63,764 nt of DNA from Octopus bimaculoides (GCF_001194135.2 NC_068998.1:44333499-44397262); one strand, 5' to 3'; positions 25,283 to 38,812 are shown, counted from the first letter of the stretch. Program-made: numbers and translations. The notes: generated from the letters alone by a model not told the origin.

Positions 25283-25580
25283 CAGTGGAACCTTGGTTTA
25301 CAAATGTCTCTTATGAACAAATCGGTTCATGAACAATATTTTGAGCTTAAAACTTGTCTCAACAATGTCTAAAGTAACACTCACACAAGCCAGTAACAAA
25401 GGTTGGTGATAAGCAGGGATTATCAGCTGCCATCTAGTTTTAGCCCAGTGCACATCCCTGTTCAGATTCACTGTGCCTTCTCTTAACTTTCTTATAAGAA
25501 AAGAAGTTTTGGTTTACAAACATTTCGGGTGTTGAATGGCCTTCAGGAACAAATGAAATTCATAAACCAAGATTTCACTA
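25283..25580. mobile_element. Tigger/pogo-type MITE
   Basis: TA-CAGTGGAACCTTGGTTTACAAA...TTCATAAACCAAGATTTCACT terminal inverted repeats. Confidence 0.7.
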
Positions 25581-26313
25581 TTTAGCAAGTCATCATGATA
25601 TCTCTTTTTACTCCTGCATTTCACTCTCTCTCCCTCACTCCCCCCCTCTCTCTCTCTCTCTCTCAGTATACTATGAAGGTAAGGCATAGTTTGTGAGAGG
25701 TTTGGTTGTTCTGTCTAACAGCTGAAATAATTACATAGAGGCTCCCTCCATTGGCTTGCTGTTGTTTTTGTTGCAAAATGAGAAAATTTCTATGGAATTT
25801 TTGTTTGCTACAGATGATTAATTAACACTTCAGTTGATTGTAAATGACTAATTAACACTTGAATTAGCTACAAATATCTGATTAACATTTCATTTAGCTA
25901 CCTACAAATGACTAAATAGCTCACATCATTGGATGACAAATTGCTACTGAAATACTTCAATGAAATAGAAATGAGTGATTGAAATTTTAATGATGATATA
26001 TGACAGTGTAACAGAAAAATGAAATGGAAAATAAATATTAAAATAACATTTCTACAATTACAAAAGGAATATTTGCAAGAAAACCTATAAAAATATGAAT
26101 TACTATTGCCCTTGGTATAAAAAGCCAAACTCATATTTTATCAATTAGACCTCCTTATTATGTTCAGGACTGAGCAACAATAATTAATACTACAACTATA
26201 TTTGAATATCTAATGAACCTTAATTACATCTAGAGTCTCCAATGTTTTTACCTTTATGTGAACCAAATGGAGAACTGAAGAATGGAAGCATTGAGGCATA
26301 ATAGGCCAAATAT

Positions 26314-26526
26314 ATTCTCTTTTACTCTTTTACTTGTTTCAGTCTTTTGACTGTGGCCATGCTGGAGCACCGCCTTTAGTCAAGCAAATCGACCCCAGGA
26401 CTTATTTTTTGGAAGCCTAGTACTTATTCTATCGGTCTCTTTTGCCGAACCGCTAAGTTACGGGGACATAAACACACCAGCATCGGTTGTCAAGCGATGT
26501 TTGGGGGGACAAACACAGACACACAA

Positions 26527-26559
<33 letters not shown>

Positions 26560-26719
26560 CATATATACGACAGGCTTCTTTCAGTTTCCGTCTACCAAAT
26601 CCACTCACAAGGCTTTGGTCGGCCCGAGGCTATAGTAGAAGACACTTGCCCAAGATGCCACGCAGTAGGACTGAACCCGGGACCATGTGGTTGGTAAGCA
26701 AGTTACTTACCACACAGCC
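26314..26719 (-). mobile_element. young full-length SINE family A
   Basis: Nearly identical to 45543-45957. Confidence 0.92.
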
Positions 26720-26972
26720 CAGTATGGAATTCAGTAAGTATCAGACGGGCTGTATCTGAGATTTGAGAAGCCAGGCTTGTCACAGTGTCTCATTCTGATT
26801 CTGTTTTTAAACTTAGGTTCACTGTTTGTGAGATATTCAACTAATTAACATTTAATTCTATGTAGAAAACAAAACAAAAAAGCAGTGCAGACTGCTTATG
26901 TAACTCAAGACTCTATTCAATTAGACATTGTATTGTACTGAGGCTGGTGGAAAATTATATTTAAATATACAG

Positions 26973-27500
26973 GTGCTGGTATGGTTGCGTGCTTCCCAAC
27001 CACATGGTTCTGGGTTCAGTCTCACTGCATGGCACATTGGGCGAATATCTTCTATTATGGCCTTGCGCTGACCAAAGCTTTATGAGTGGATTGATAGACA
27101 GAAACTGAAAGAAGCCCATCATATGTAAATGTATGTATGTAGGTGTGGCTGCTTGGTAAGAAGCTTGCAGTCTCTGGGTGACACCTTGAGAAAGTGTCTT
27201 CTATTATAGCCTTGGGCTAACCAAGCCTTATGAATGGATTGGGGGAAGGAAACTAAAAGAAGCTTGTCATATATGTGTATGTGTGAGTGTGTGTCTGTGT
27301 GACCCCTACCACCACTTGACAACCAATGTTGGTGCATTTATGTCCCTGTAATTTATAGGTTCATCAAAAGAGACCAGTAGAGAAAACACTGGGCTTTAAA
27401 AAATTTTAAGTGCTAGAGTCAATTCTTTTGACTAAGAATTCTTGAAGGTGGTGCCCCAGATTGGTCACAGTCTAAATGACTGAAACAAGTAAAAGATAAA
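26973..27500 (+). mobile_element. two tandem SINE family A copies (5' half, then near full-length)
   Basis: Heads at ~26975 and ~27140. Confidence 0.8.
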
Positions 27501-28426
27501 AGATAAATTAAACAAGTGTCTCAGGAATACAGAGACCTGTGCACAGGCACCACATCGATTTTTGAAACTGTCTTCTCGTTATTTTCTTTTTAATTATATT
27601 TATTGTGCTAAATCTTTACACACTCCAAACAATATCCTTTTTGTGGGGAACTCTAAATGATGTTAAAATTCTGCCTTTTCATTGGTTAAACAGAGAAACA
27701 CAAACTGCCAGGTCTTTAGAGGAAAGAAACTCAGATTGAAAACTGGAACGCATCAGCGTCTGCTTCCTTTCTGCCTCTTTGTACTGCTAACTACCACCAC
27801 TACCCCACACACACATATACACACTTTTGCAAATCTGCATGCATGTACACATACATAGATGCACATGCATACACATACCTATAAACACATACATGCAATT
27901 ACTCTACTCTCATGTATGTATACATAAACACACACACACACACACAATCTATTTTCACACATGAAAACACAAACACACACATATACACATAAATACACCA
28001 GCAAAATCGCTCCACTTTCATACATTTACATTAAGGCAGATGCAGACGACACACACAAGGAAAATCCTCAAATAAATAAGAAATTATGTTTCATTGAATT
28101 TCATTCTTTCATTTTGTATGATTTTTCTTCAATGAAACGTTTCCCCTTTTAAAAGTTGTGTAAATTAAATTTATGTATATATGAAAAGACTATTCATTGG
28201 CTTTTTGTTGTGGTCGTTGATAATGATTCACAGTGGATACAACATGGCTATTTACAGCTTATAGAAACAGTACGAAACTCATCTCCTTGTGTTTTTGTGT
28301 GGAACCTGTATTCGCGTGTTGTGTGTAGATTTGCTTGTCTATGTTGGCAAGTATAAGTACTTGTGTGTGTATGCATGTGTGTATTGATGTATGTGTTTAT
28401 ATTGGCACATGTGTATGGCTCTCCTA

Positions 28427-28510
<84 letters not shown>

Positions 28511-28598
28511 NNNNNNNNNNNNNNNNNNNNNNNNNNNNNNNNNNNNNNNNNNNNNNNNNNNNNNNNNNNNNNNNNNNNNNNNNNNNNNNNNNNNNNNN

Positions 28599-28639
<41 letters not shown>

Positions 28640-28759
28640 CTGTGAAATTAAGTATAGAGGAGCCATTATGTAAATACAAAGATACACACATACACATACA
28701 TGTACGCACACACACACACACGTGCACAGTCACACACACATGCTCACATACGCACATAT

Positions 28760-29186
28760 CATCATCATCATCATTTAACATTTGACTGGGCTGGCACACT
28801 GGAAGGCTGTGCCAGGATCCAGTCTGATTTTGCATGGTTTTCTATGGTCAGATGCCCTTCCTAACGCCAACCACTCTGAGAGTGTAATGGGTGCTTTGAC
28901 GTGCCACTAGCATGGGTGCCACTTCATTGACACCGGTGTCCACTACGACTGCAATTTTGTTCAGCTTGAAGGGTCTTCTTCTCAAGCATGATATTATGCC
29001 AAAGGTCTTAGTCATTGCCTCCATGAGGCCCAACACTCGAAAAGAGCTTAACCACCTTACCTCCGTGAGGCCTGTTCAAGAGGATTTCAGCCACACTCAA
29101 AAGGAACTCATACATTTCCTCACAACCACTACAGCTCCTGCTATCTGAGGTGTCACCTGGACACCTCTTCACCACCGTCTATCTCC
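28760..29186 (-). mobile_element. RTE-clade LINE 3' end (ORF2 C-terminus, 3' UTR, (GAT)n tail)
   Basis: Minus strand has RTE C-terminal-like coding traces (GTTGGGCCTCATGGAGGCAATGAC; MLEKKT) running into family E sequence. Confidence 0.6.
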
Positions 29187-29414
29187 TTAAACCTTTAGCA
29201 TTTAAACTGGCCATTTCCAGCCAAAATATTCTACCTGTTTTATGCTCAAACTGGCCAGATCCAGCCTCTTACATCTACCCTACAATGTCATTCTAAAAAT
29301 AAACAATCATGGCATTGAAATCTCAAAGCTATGAGAGAAGGCATGATTAATTCAAAACAATGTGAATACATCAGCATTACATTTGACAGAGTAATCTGAA
29401 TGCTAAAGAATTAA
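29187..29414 (+). mobile_element. piggyBac-type MITE (family M2), full length
   Basis: TTAA-ACCTTTAGCATT...AATGCTAAAGAA-TTAA. Confidence 0.8.
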
Positions 29415-29844
29415 AGATACCTCTAATTCATCCTTACACTTTCCTTCCTAAATGTGGGTAGCGATTTAGTTCCTCTACAACAAGAACCTTCTCTCCTCCG
29501 ACCTCTTTCTTCATACTTTAGCATCCATCTAACATACAGAGGCAGCATCCTCTTACTTTGGGTTTGTTGACTTGTGAGGTACATAATGAATTCAATAGTG
29601 CTAGTGGCACGCAAAAACCTCAATCAGTACATGGTGTAAAGTGGTTGGCATTAGGAAGGGAATCCAGCCATAGAGACCATTACAAAGCAGACTCTTGAGT
29701 CCTTAATTTATTGAATGACCTTGAAGTGGACAATGTCTAACAATTCACACTTTCCTACTGCCAAACCTTATTAATACTGTGATCATAATCTATATTCTAT
29801 ATATATACATACAAACATATATATATATATATACATATATATAG

Positions 29845-30030
29845 TGAGGCTTTACAAAAAAACAAAAGATGAAGGTGGGTGTGTAAACAACAAACAAATG
29901 TATTAGTTTAATGCTCGGGAAGTGAGAAAGTCTTTTGTGTTTCGAGCTTATGCTCTTCGACAGAAAGGAACACAGAAATAAACAGGGAGAGAAAATAGAA
30001 AAGGTTTAGTGGCAAACGATCCATCATGGG
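29845..30030 (-). mobile_element. Penelope-like terminal fragment with decayed hammerhead-like motif
   Basis: Minus strand reads CTTT-CTGTCGA-A-GAGC-ATAA-GCTC-GAAAC-ACA-AAAG (29967 to 29932). Confidence 0.5.
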
Positions 30031-30882
30031 GAATAGTGATCTATATCTATCTATCTATCTATCTGTCTATCTATATGTATGTATATGTGTGTACATTATT
30101 TATGCACTTATACATAATTACAAAGATAGGTAGATAGCTACATATATGTGTGTGTGTACACAGACAGACAAACAGGTAGATAGACAGACAGATTGTGTAA
30201 GTGTCTCTGTTTTATCTTAGACACAAATTTTGTTTCAGAATAATCATAGTAGTATAGCATCACTCAATCCTATGTGACAGTTGTTAATACAAAATAAGAT
30301 ATTACAGATTGGTGAAACCTGTTCAACTGCCAGATAGAAACGTCCAGAAAATACTAATACAGAACTCTATTAAATTAGAAGCATGCATGCGCTCCCCCCC
30401 CACACACACACACACAGACACACACACATGCAAAACACAGGAAGATTGAAGGTTGATTCTTTGATCATTGAAAATCAACACAACAGGCGAAGCTTTATGA
30501 TTCTAACAGCCACCCACACAACATTTTCTCATCTATTGTTCATGTAGAAATTAATGTGAGACAGTTCTAGACAGAACTAATGGATGATATACATTCAGGC
30601 AAGTGAAACACACAAAAACATACCTATGAATGTGGAGACTAAGTCTTGATAATGAGTACAAGGCTGAGGATGTTTTTGGAAAATTTTTACATGACTTTTA
30701 TTATAGTTGGATAAAAATTAGAATTTATAAACTTCAATAGTTTTATAGAAGTTTAAAATTAACAAAGATTTGTTTTAACTCTAAACACACAAGAAATATC
30801 AGATGGTATATGCACATACATACATACATACATATGAATATCTATGCATATATATATATATATATATATGTATGTACATATT

Positions 30883-30918
<36 letters not shown>

Positions 30919-30936
30919 TGTGTGTATATATGTGTA

Positions 30937-30997
<61 letters not shown>

Positions 30998-31299
30998 CTA
31001 CTTATATACACATATACATCCAATCATAGACACACAGTGATTGCAATATTTTAATTTGTCTCAAACAAATAAAATAAATATTTTATATGAAAATACTTAA
31101 CTGAAACAAATCTTTCAAATTAGTGTCCGTTATTACATTACTTTCAGCTTTCAATTAAGTACCCACCATCTTGTACTTTACACATGATGTTCTAAAATAT
31201 TAACCATACTTTCAGACAGTAACTTCAATAAATTCATTGCTTTCTTCAATTATCACCTTTTTTTTTGTTTTTTAAACCAAATGTGTTGTCTGGCTCATT

Positions 31300-31750
31300 T
31301 TCACAGCATCTGTTATATAATTTAATAACAGCTGTTGTGAGGTTGTGTTACACTGTTTGTTATACAGCTCTTTTTGCAGCACCTATTGTATAAAATTTTT
31401 GAAGCATCTGTTGTCTGCTGTTTTTTGTGTTTTTGTTTTTATATAACCAACATTATGAAGAAGTGTTGCAGCACTTAATTGTGCAATCTCTGTATCAAGG
31501 GATATTATTTGAAGTGGTTTGATACCTCAATGCATTGTCACTTTGTGGTCTCTTTCTTAAGGAATTTCGATGACTTGAAGTGAAGATTCGCCAGCCAAAT
31601 AGCTTTAATGAAGACACATTTTTATTATTCCAAATGGTTCAGTCAGACTTGTTAAGACACTTAAAAAGAAAGGATTGCTCAGAAAACTATGGGTGTTCTT
31701 GTAAGTCCACATTATTTTTGTGGTTCTCAATGACTATTACAATAATACCA
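31300..31750 (-). pseudogene. possible decayed RTE-type endonuclease/linker fragment
   Basis: Interrupted frame with IEVSNHFKII (compare LxNRFxxL) and upstream NG..NH traces. Confidence 0.3.
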
Positions 31751-31879
31751 TTTGAACAATCCACATCTTTGTGTTAAATCCTAGTTTATGTGGAATACGG
31801 TAGTGATACATCATACTATGCTTCTCTAACAAATTCCCACACTGGATATATTTGGATTAGCAAATAGGTTGATTTATCT

Positions 31880-32090
31880 AGCTAGATGTCACTAGCAACA
31901 TATCCTGCTAGAAATAACAGCTGAATCTCTCTTCAATCACATGCTGATGTCTTAGAAAGGAATAACTTCAGAATAATGTAATTTGAAATACATTATGTCT
32001 AAACAATTAATGTGATGTTCATAGCTGGAATGTCTCAGACCATAGGGCTGCTTGGTCATGACTCACCTGTGCTGAAACAAATACAAATAA
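31880..32090 (+). mobile_element. family G interspersed repeat
   Basis: CTAGAAATA(G)CAGC..AATCTC...CTGGAATGTC; related pieces at 17750-18340, 48590-48750, 50405-50520, 58230-58340 and 25680-25760 (minus). Confidence 0.65.
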
Positions 32091-32115
32091 AAAAGAAAAT
32101 TTAGTTTTCTTTTTT

Positions 32116-32468
32116 AGGAGTGGCTGGGTGGTAAGTAGACTGCTCACCAACCACCCCACCGTGTGACACCTTGAGTAAGTGTCTTCTACTATAGCCTCAG
32201 GCCAACCAAAGCCTTGTGAGTGGATTTGGTAGACGGAAACTGAAAGAAGCCCATTGTATATATTTGTGTGTCTGTGTTTGTCTCCTCATCATTGCTTGAC
32301 AACTGATGTTGGTATGTTTAAGTTCCTGTAATCTAGCAGTTCGGCAAAAAGTCACCGATAGAAAAAGTAATAGGCTTACAAAGAATAAGTCTTCGAGTCT
32401 GTTTGACTGAAGGTGGTCCTCCAGCATGGCCGTAGTCAAATGACTGAAACAAATAAAAGAATAAAAGA
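32116..32468 (+). mobile_element. SINE family A with 5' internal deletion
   Basis: Homologous to 16941-17358. Confidence 0.85.
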
Positions 32469-33301
32469 ATGTATTTTATTTTGTCAATGATGTTAATATT
32501 CGTAAAATATTCATGAGTAGCACTTTATATTTAAAATGCTAAAACAGAGAGAGAGAGAGAGTGAGAGACAGACAGGCAGTCAGAGAGAGTGAATGAGAGA
32601 AAAAAGAGAGAGAGAGAGAGAGACAAAAATAAAAAAAAGAAAGAGAGTAGCACTTTGTTTTAAAAGCTAAAGTAGTCATTGGTTTTTAACCATAAAATTA
32701 ACAGGGGAAGAAAAAGAAAAAAGATAACAGAAGAAAAAGTTAAAGACTGAAAGAAAGCAAGACCCTCCCCTTCTCTTTCTCCTTGTCCTCCTCACCCTCC
32801 TTTAAACAGTTTGGTGTTATAGTGAAAAGTGAAAGCTGATTAGTATTGTGGAACCAATCTGAATGTTGAATCTGGCTGATTCTGTTGTCACATCAAAGAG
32901 GACATTCTAAAATAGTATATTGTGGTCCTGTCATTTCCTATCATTTCGCCATAATACACATTTTACACTCAAATATACACAGCCAACACTTGATTTTCCT
33001 TAAAGACATCTTCAATTAGAAAGCTTTCTTTTGTTTAAGTTTTTTGGGTTTTTTTTTACATGTTTTTCCTTTTATTTTTCATGTTAAATCACCACTTCTC
33101 TCTTCCTTGTCTTTTCTTTCTTAACTCTGCCTACCTACCTGTCCACCTACCTACCTGTCCACCTACCTACCTCTCCACACACCCACTAATCTGATTATGT
33201 TAAGTAAAGCACAGAATCACTTGTACTTTCTACGACATAACTCACTGCTAAAACACTAAGAGAAGCTTCAGAATTGTCGGAGCAACGGCAAAAATATTTA
33301 C

Positions 33302-33357
33302 CTTGGAGAATTTCTTCTGGCTTTTTACATCCTGTGTTCAAGTATTCCCTTGTGGAC
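33302..33357 (-). CDS. candidate small exon
   Basis: AAG/GTAAAT donor, TTTTAACAAG acceptor, open frame STREYLNTGCKKPEEILQ. Confidence 0.13.
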
Positions 33358-34722
33358 CTTGTTAAAATTAAGCTTCAGTCAAGTATTGGGGGTCGATGGT
33401 GTTGCCTACTCCCATTCCCTTCAAAATAGCTTGCCTCATGTTTAAAGTAGAAACCACTAATACTGTTGTTGTTGTTGTTGTTACTGCTGTTTCCAACATT
33501 GCTACATTAAAAGCACCCAGCACATATTATTGTAATGTGGTTGGTGTTAGTAATGGCATCCAGCTGTAGAAACCAAGCCAAATCAGGCTGGAACCTATAC
33601 AGCTCTCTGGCTTGTCAGCTCTGGTCAAATCGTCCAACCCATGCCAGCATGGAAAACAGACCTTTAAAAGATGATGATGAATAGTTTTATTGTTATTATC
33701 ATACCATAAACACAGTTTTGTGCTATTTTGCATTCATTTTCTCTTAGTGCAGGGAGTCTACACAATATAGCATATAAATATTAAGAGCCTAGTAATACTA
33801 CTTTCTGCATGTGATGTATATCTGTAAGTCCTCAGGTCTTAGATATGCCTTTGTTTGCATCACTTTTAATCATTCTCAATGTACCTATATTTATAGGGTA
33901 GTTCTGCTTTCAAACATCTCCTGGAGACACATTTTTATCTGTACCAGTCAAGTACTGAGGTCAACAGCATTACCTTTTCCCCTTCCCCTCAAAATAGCAT
34001 GCCTTGCTTTTAAATTAGAAACCATTAATATTGTTTTTGTAGTGATTGTTGTTATTGTTTTCAGTAGTTCTACTGTTATTGCACCACAAGCATAGCCCTG
34101 TCTTGTGTTCTGTTTTTGTTCTACTATTGCAAGGACTTCATATAATATAGTAAATATCCTTCATGATATGTATACAGAGCCTAGTAGTGTTACTTTCTGT
34201 ATATGATGTATATTTGTAAGTCCTCATGTCTTAATTATGCTTTTATTTGCATCTCTTTTAATAATACCCAATGCACCTATATTTATAGGGTATTTCTGCT
34301 TTCAAACTTCTGCTAGAGATACATTATCAACTGCTGAGACAGATATTTCAATTAAGAGGCAGTTCCTTCCCTAATTGTTCTTCATGACAATATCTGACTG
34401 ATTAAACTCGATCTCCTGTCTTTGTTGATTAGCATATCCCAGAATATAGTTACTTTGTTATTCTCTAAAATATATATTTTGTATACGTTTTGCTGCCTCT
34501 TCTTATTATGTTATAATAATAACTTCCAGTACATGAAAAACTCCAACTCTGACATGTCTGTAGTTGTATTTGTTTAGGTTATATCTGGAAAGCTAGAGAC
34601 AGTGATTCTTCCTACCTCCACATATTCCACATCATTTAATGCTTTTGGTGTCTAGAGGGAAGGTTTTGATCATGTTCTGCAGTCAGAAAAATCCTGCAGT
34701 GTCTGTGTATCTTTCTAAACAG

Positions 34723-34833
34723 CTTTTCAAGAAAAAGCAATAAAGATATGTGTGATAGCATTAAAAAAAGCTTACAGTGACTACATTGTTGTGTACAGTC
34801 ACACATTTCTCTGTTTAAAATGCAGAATCCTTG
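34723..34833 (+). CDS. candidate symmetric 111-nt exon
   Basis: TATCTTTCTAAACAG acceptor, TTG/GTAACA donor, phase 1-1 open frame FQEKAIKICVIALKKAYSDYIVVYSHTFLCLKCRIL. Confidence 0.22.
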
Positions 34834-35477
34834 GTAACAAAAATTTTTTTCCATATAAGGAAATACATTAGTACATTATTCAACATAACTCTCTATATCT
34901 CACATAGAACATTTACAGACTTTCTTGTTACATCATAAGTCCATGATTCTTTAAAATGTTTTCATTTTATAATAATGGTAATCTTTGTTCAGTGCTAGAC
35001 CAATTGCATTGTGCAGATTTCGTAGATATAGCAAATATTATAAACATATTAATATAAGCTGATGTGTCAGATGTTAGAGGTAAATATTGCAGATATTATA
35101 AATAAATATTATAAGCTGATTTTATAGATATGAGCTGACATAAATATTCTTAGCAACAGATATTGTCAACTAACTTGGTGCAGTGTCTTTGTGGTACTGC
35201 TTCAATAACTCCAAATGTAGCCACACGGAATTTAAATATTCCAAAATATTTCACAACAAAGCACTCTACCAACCATCCTAACTTGCTACTCTTATTTCTT
35301 CAACAGCATATTTATGGCAAGTACAGTAGATCAAGAGACAAGTTTCTAATAATTGAGTCACTTAACTTCTTTATTTCAAATTACAGAAAACTGACAACAT
35401 TTCACTACCTTTAGCTCACGATTGCTCTTAGTGGGAAAGAAGCATCATCGCTTTCCACTCCATGTATCCTATAAACG

Positions 35478-35537
<60 letters not shown>

Positions 35538-36023
35538 TACAAATTTAACAAGAGTTTGTCAGTGTCTGTAATTAAGGTCACTGTGAGAAGTGAAAACCTC
35601 TAGTGTTTCTGGCAAAGGTCCTTAGAAGGAATTGTAAAGTAATTAATGGCCAGAAGAAGTGAACAGGTTAAAAGGTATGGACAGGAAATAGATGAGGAGG
35701 TGATTGCAGTGAATAAAAGATGTAGCAAGTTAAGAATGGTTTATGAGGAAGTGGGGTGTCAAAAGAGACAGGTGGTTCATGAAAGAGAGGAGCATGGTAT
35801 GAATTGTTTGGTGAGTGCAATATATCCACCATATTTTCCACTGTAGATAGTGAAATTTAAATCAGCAGTAGTTGCATTATATTTGATTTGATTTTTTTCT
35901 TATCTTTCTTTCCTAAACATTCTCTATTCCTTCTATGTAAGTTTGTGTTGTATATAAATTTGAAATCAAAGAATTCCTTTTTTTTCATTTACCTCATTTT
36001 TTTCTGTCGTTCTTAAAGAAAAG

Positions 36024-36025
<2 letters not shown>

Positions 36026-36080
<55 letters not shown>

Positions 36081-36140
36081 GGATGGATAGATGGATGGAT
36101 AGATAGATAGATAGATAGACAGATAGATAGATAGATGGAT
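36026..36140. repeat. (GATA)n/(GATG)n microsatellite
   Basis: Direct reading. Confidence 0.97.
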
Positions 36141-36478
36141 AGATATTATAACATGTATTTTAGATTCAAAAAGAATAAAAATGAAGGGGGAAAAACGCTA
36201 AACAAAACATAAAGTTTCTTGTGAAAGTCAGAAAGTTTCCTTCTCACATGATCAGTCTTACATTGAGTGCCAACTATAATCTCGTGTAGAGAACTGCCAG
36301 AATCAATGGAATAGTTCGCTCTACTTTGAATTTCTGTATTTCTCTTTCTTGGTATCTTTCTTCATGCTTACCAACGCACCATCTCAAATCTAAATGAAAT
36401 ATGTTTGAGAGAAGTTTAAAATTTCCCTTATGTAACAGAGAACAACTTTCTGCTAGTGTTTCTCTTTCTCTCTCCCTC

Positions 36479-36556
<78 letters not shown>

Positions 36557-36831
36557 CAGATTCTGCTTCACTGACATTTGATGCACTAAAAGTCACTTTC
36601 CATTTGGTAATATTAGCAATGCTTGCAAAGACTCTGGAAAAATTTTCTGTGCTGTAATGGCTATATAAATTTGATTGGAATTTTATACATGCATGCATAC
36701 ATACATGCATACATATATACATACATATATACATACATACACATATATATATATATGTATATATATGTATATATACACGCATGTATATGAATACATATAT
36801 GTATATATATATGTGTGTGTGTGTGAGTGTG

Positions 36832-36872
<41 letters not shown>

Positions 36873-37512
36873 GTATACACATACATATACTCATACACAC
36901 ACACACACACACAGATATATATATATGTGTGTGTGTATTTATATGAACTTAAATTTGTTTTGTGAATAATAATAATAATAATAAAAATATCAACAATTCA
37001 GTCCAGTTTCATAGATTTCAAATTTAGTTGTTTCAAAATAATTGCACGGAAAAAGATATATATTCTTCTCACTTGCTAACAGTTTTCTTTTTTTATTGAT
37101 TTATTATTTTTTTTATATATATTTACGTATTTACTTGTTGTTGTTTTTTAAACAGCAGTAGTAAATTTGCATTTCTACAATATTTTCTCCTTCTTTAAAG
37201 AAATATATATGATGTGTTATTGAGATTTTAAAAAATAATTTGGAATTTTTCTAGCAGAAATTCAGTTTATCTGTGTGGTAGACAGACTATCAGCACTAAA
37301 GATTACCGACTTTTGCACAGTCTTCTCTGTAATATGATGGTATGGACTTTAAATGCCAAGCCCAAATAATATATTCCATAGCAATTTCTTTCTTGTCAAA
37401 GATGGATGCAATAATCTTCAATGTGTGTTTGTGTGTGTATATGCGTATACATATATTTATATTTTATATAAAATATACATGTATTTATATTTAAATACAT
37501 ATCTGTACGTAA

Positions 37513-37600
<88 letters not shown>

Positions 37601-37719
37601 CAGGGTAGGCATCATTATAGGATAATATATATCATTAGATCAACATTTAGAGGAGACAGACCATATAAAAGCTAAATTTATTTTTGCAAGTGTAAACCAT
37701 GATATTGCAAATATTGCCA

Positions 37720-38812
37720 TTATTATCATCATCAACATCATCGTCATTGCAATCATCATCATTATTATCATTATCAGCAGCATCATTATCATCGTCATTT
37801 ACTGGTCCGTGATGCTGTTCCCGCTTCATAGAGTTTGGATCCAATTGATCATTCTAAGGCACCAAAGGGTGTGTTGCTACTATTTAATGGAGAGCATTTT
37901 TGTGAATGTCTAAGCTGTTCCTAGGATCTCTTGGAGTTCATAGATGTTGAAGTTACTGGGAAGCTTGTTGGCGGAGCACTGACAATGATAAATATTACTT
38001 CAGCTTTCATTGTCCACACCTGGCTTATTTCAATCTCTAAGTCTTTGTATTTTGATAATTTTTCTTTTGTTTTTGTGGATGTATTTCTCTCTAATGGTAT
38101 TGCCATGTCTATTTGGTATTTCTTCTCATTATTATCCTTGACAATGATAGTCAGATGGTTTGTTGTTACTACCAAGTCTGCATAAATAGCTATTTCTCAG
38201 AGTATGGTCGCATTCTTGTTTTCTGTGACTGTTTCTAGCTGATGTTCTCCCCTGGTCTCAGTGATCTTAATCTTAAATTCTTTACGGGCATTCTTGTGGA
38301 TTTATGTAGCTGCTTTGTTAGATATATTCTGTCTAAGTTAGATATATTCTGTCTAAGCAATTTCTGGGATTGTAATATATGCTACAAGGGATGGTGGTGC
38401 TGTCTTTTATTATTCTATGTTAACTGGATTCTGTTGGAAGGCCCTGGTTTTGCACAGCAATGATGAGACCTCCTGTTTCTGCTTTAAGACCAAATGTTCT
38501 AAGCCATTTCTGTCTCCTTTGATGGTCTACATCAGCATCCTTTATTCTTTTATGTATTTTTCACGCATTGCCTTTCCATCCATTAAGCACTAAGTTCAGA
38601 TGTTTTTTTTAGTTGTGGCTGTTTTTTATTTTCTTCTTTGTGCACAAATATTGGCCATTTCAACTTCAGTAGGTGGTAATTTTGGAGTTTCTAGTTCTTT
38701 ACTGTACTTTTTGGCCTCTTTTGTCATGGAGCAGATGTTTTTCCCTCCATCTTGATCTTTGATTACTTGCAGGAAAGGGTCTTCTGTAGTTTTTCAAGGC
38801 GTTCGTCCTGTC
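37720..38812 (-). mobile_element. R4/Dong-type non-LTR retrotransposon 3' remnant with restriction-like endonuclease domain
   Basis: Minus-strand peptides in the expected order: WLRTFGLKAETGGLIIAVQNQGLPT, VTENKNATIL*EI, DNNEKKYQIDMAIPLERNTSTKTKEKLSKYKDLEIEISQVW; (GAT/AAT)n tail; several stops and frameshifts. Confidence 0.85.

Noticed and set aside
25900-26010. piggyBac-like acidic N-terminus (MTK*LTSLDDKLLLKYFNEIEMSD*)
   Set aside because: Short, with two stops, and no catalytic domain or TIR nearby.
35646-35846. 66-aa plus ORF with a TTG/GTGAGT donor
   Set aside because: Purine-rich low-complexity sequence, no convincing acceptor and no recognisable homology.
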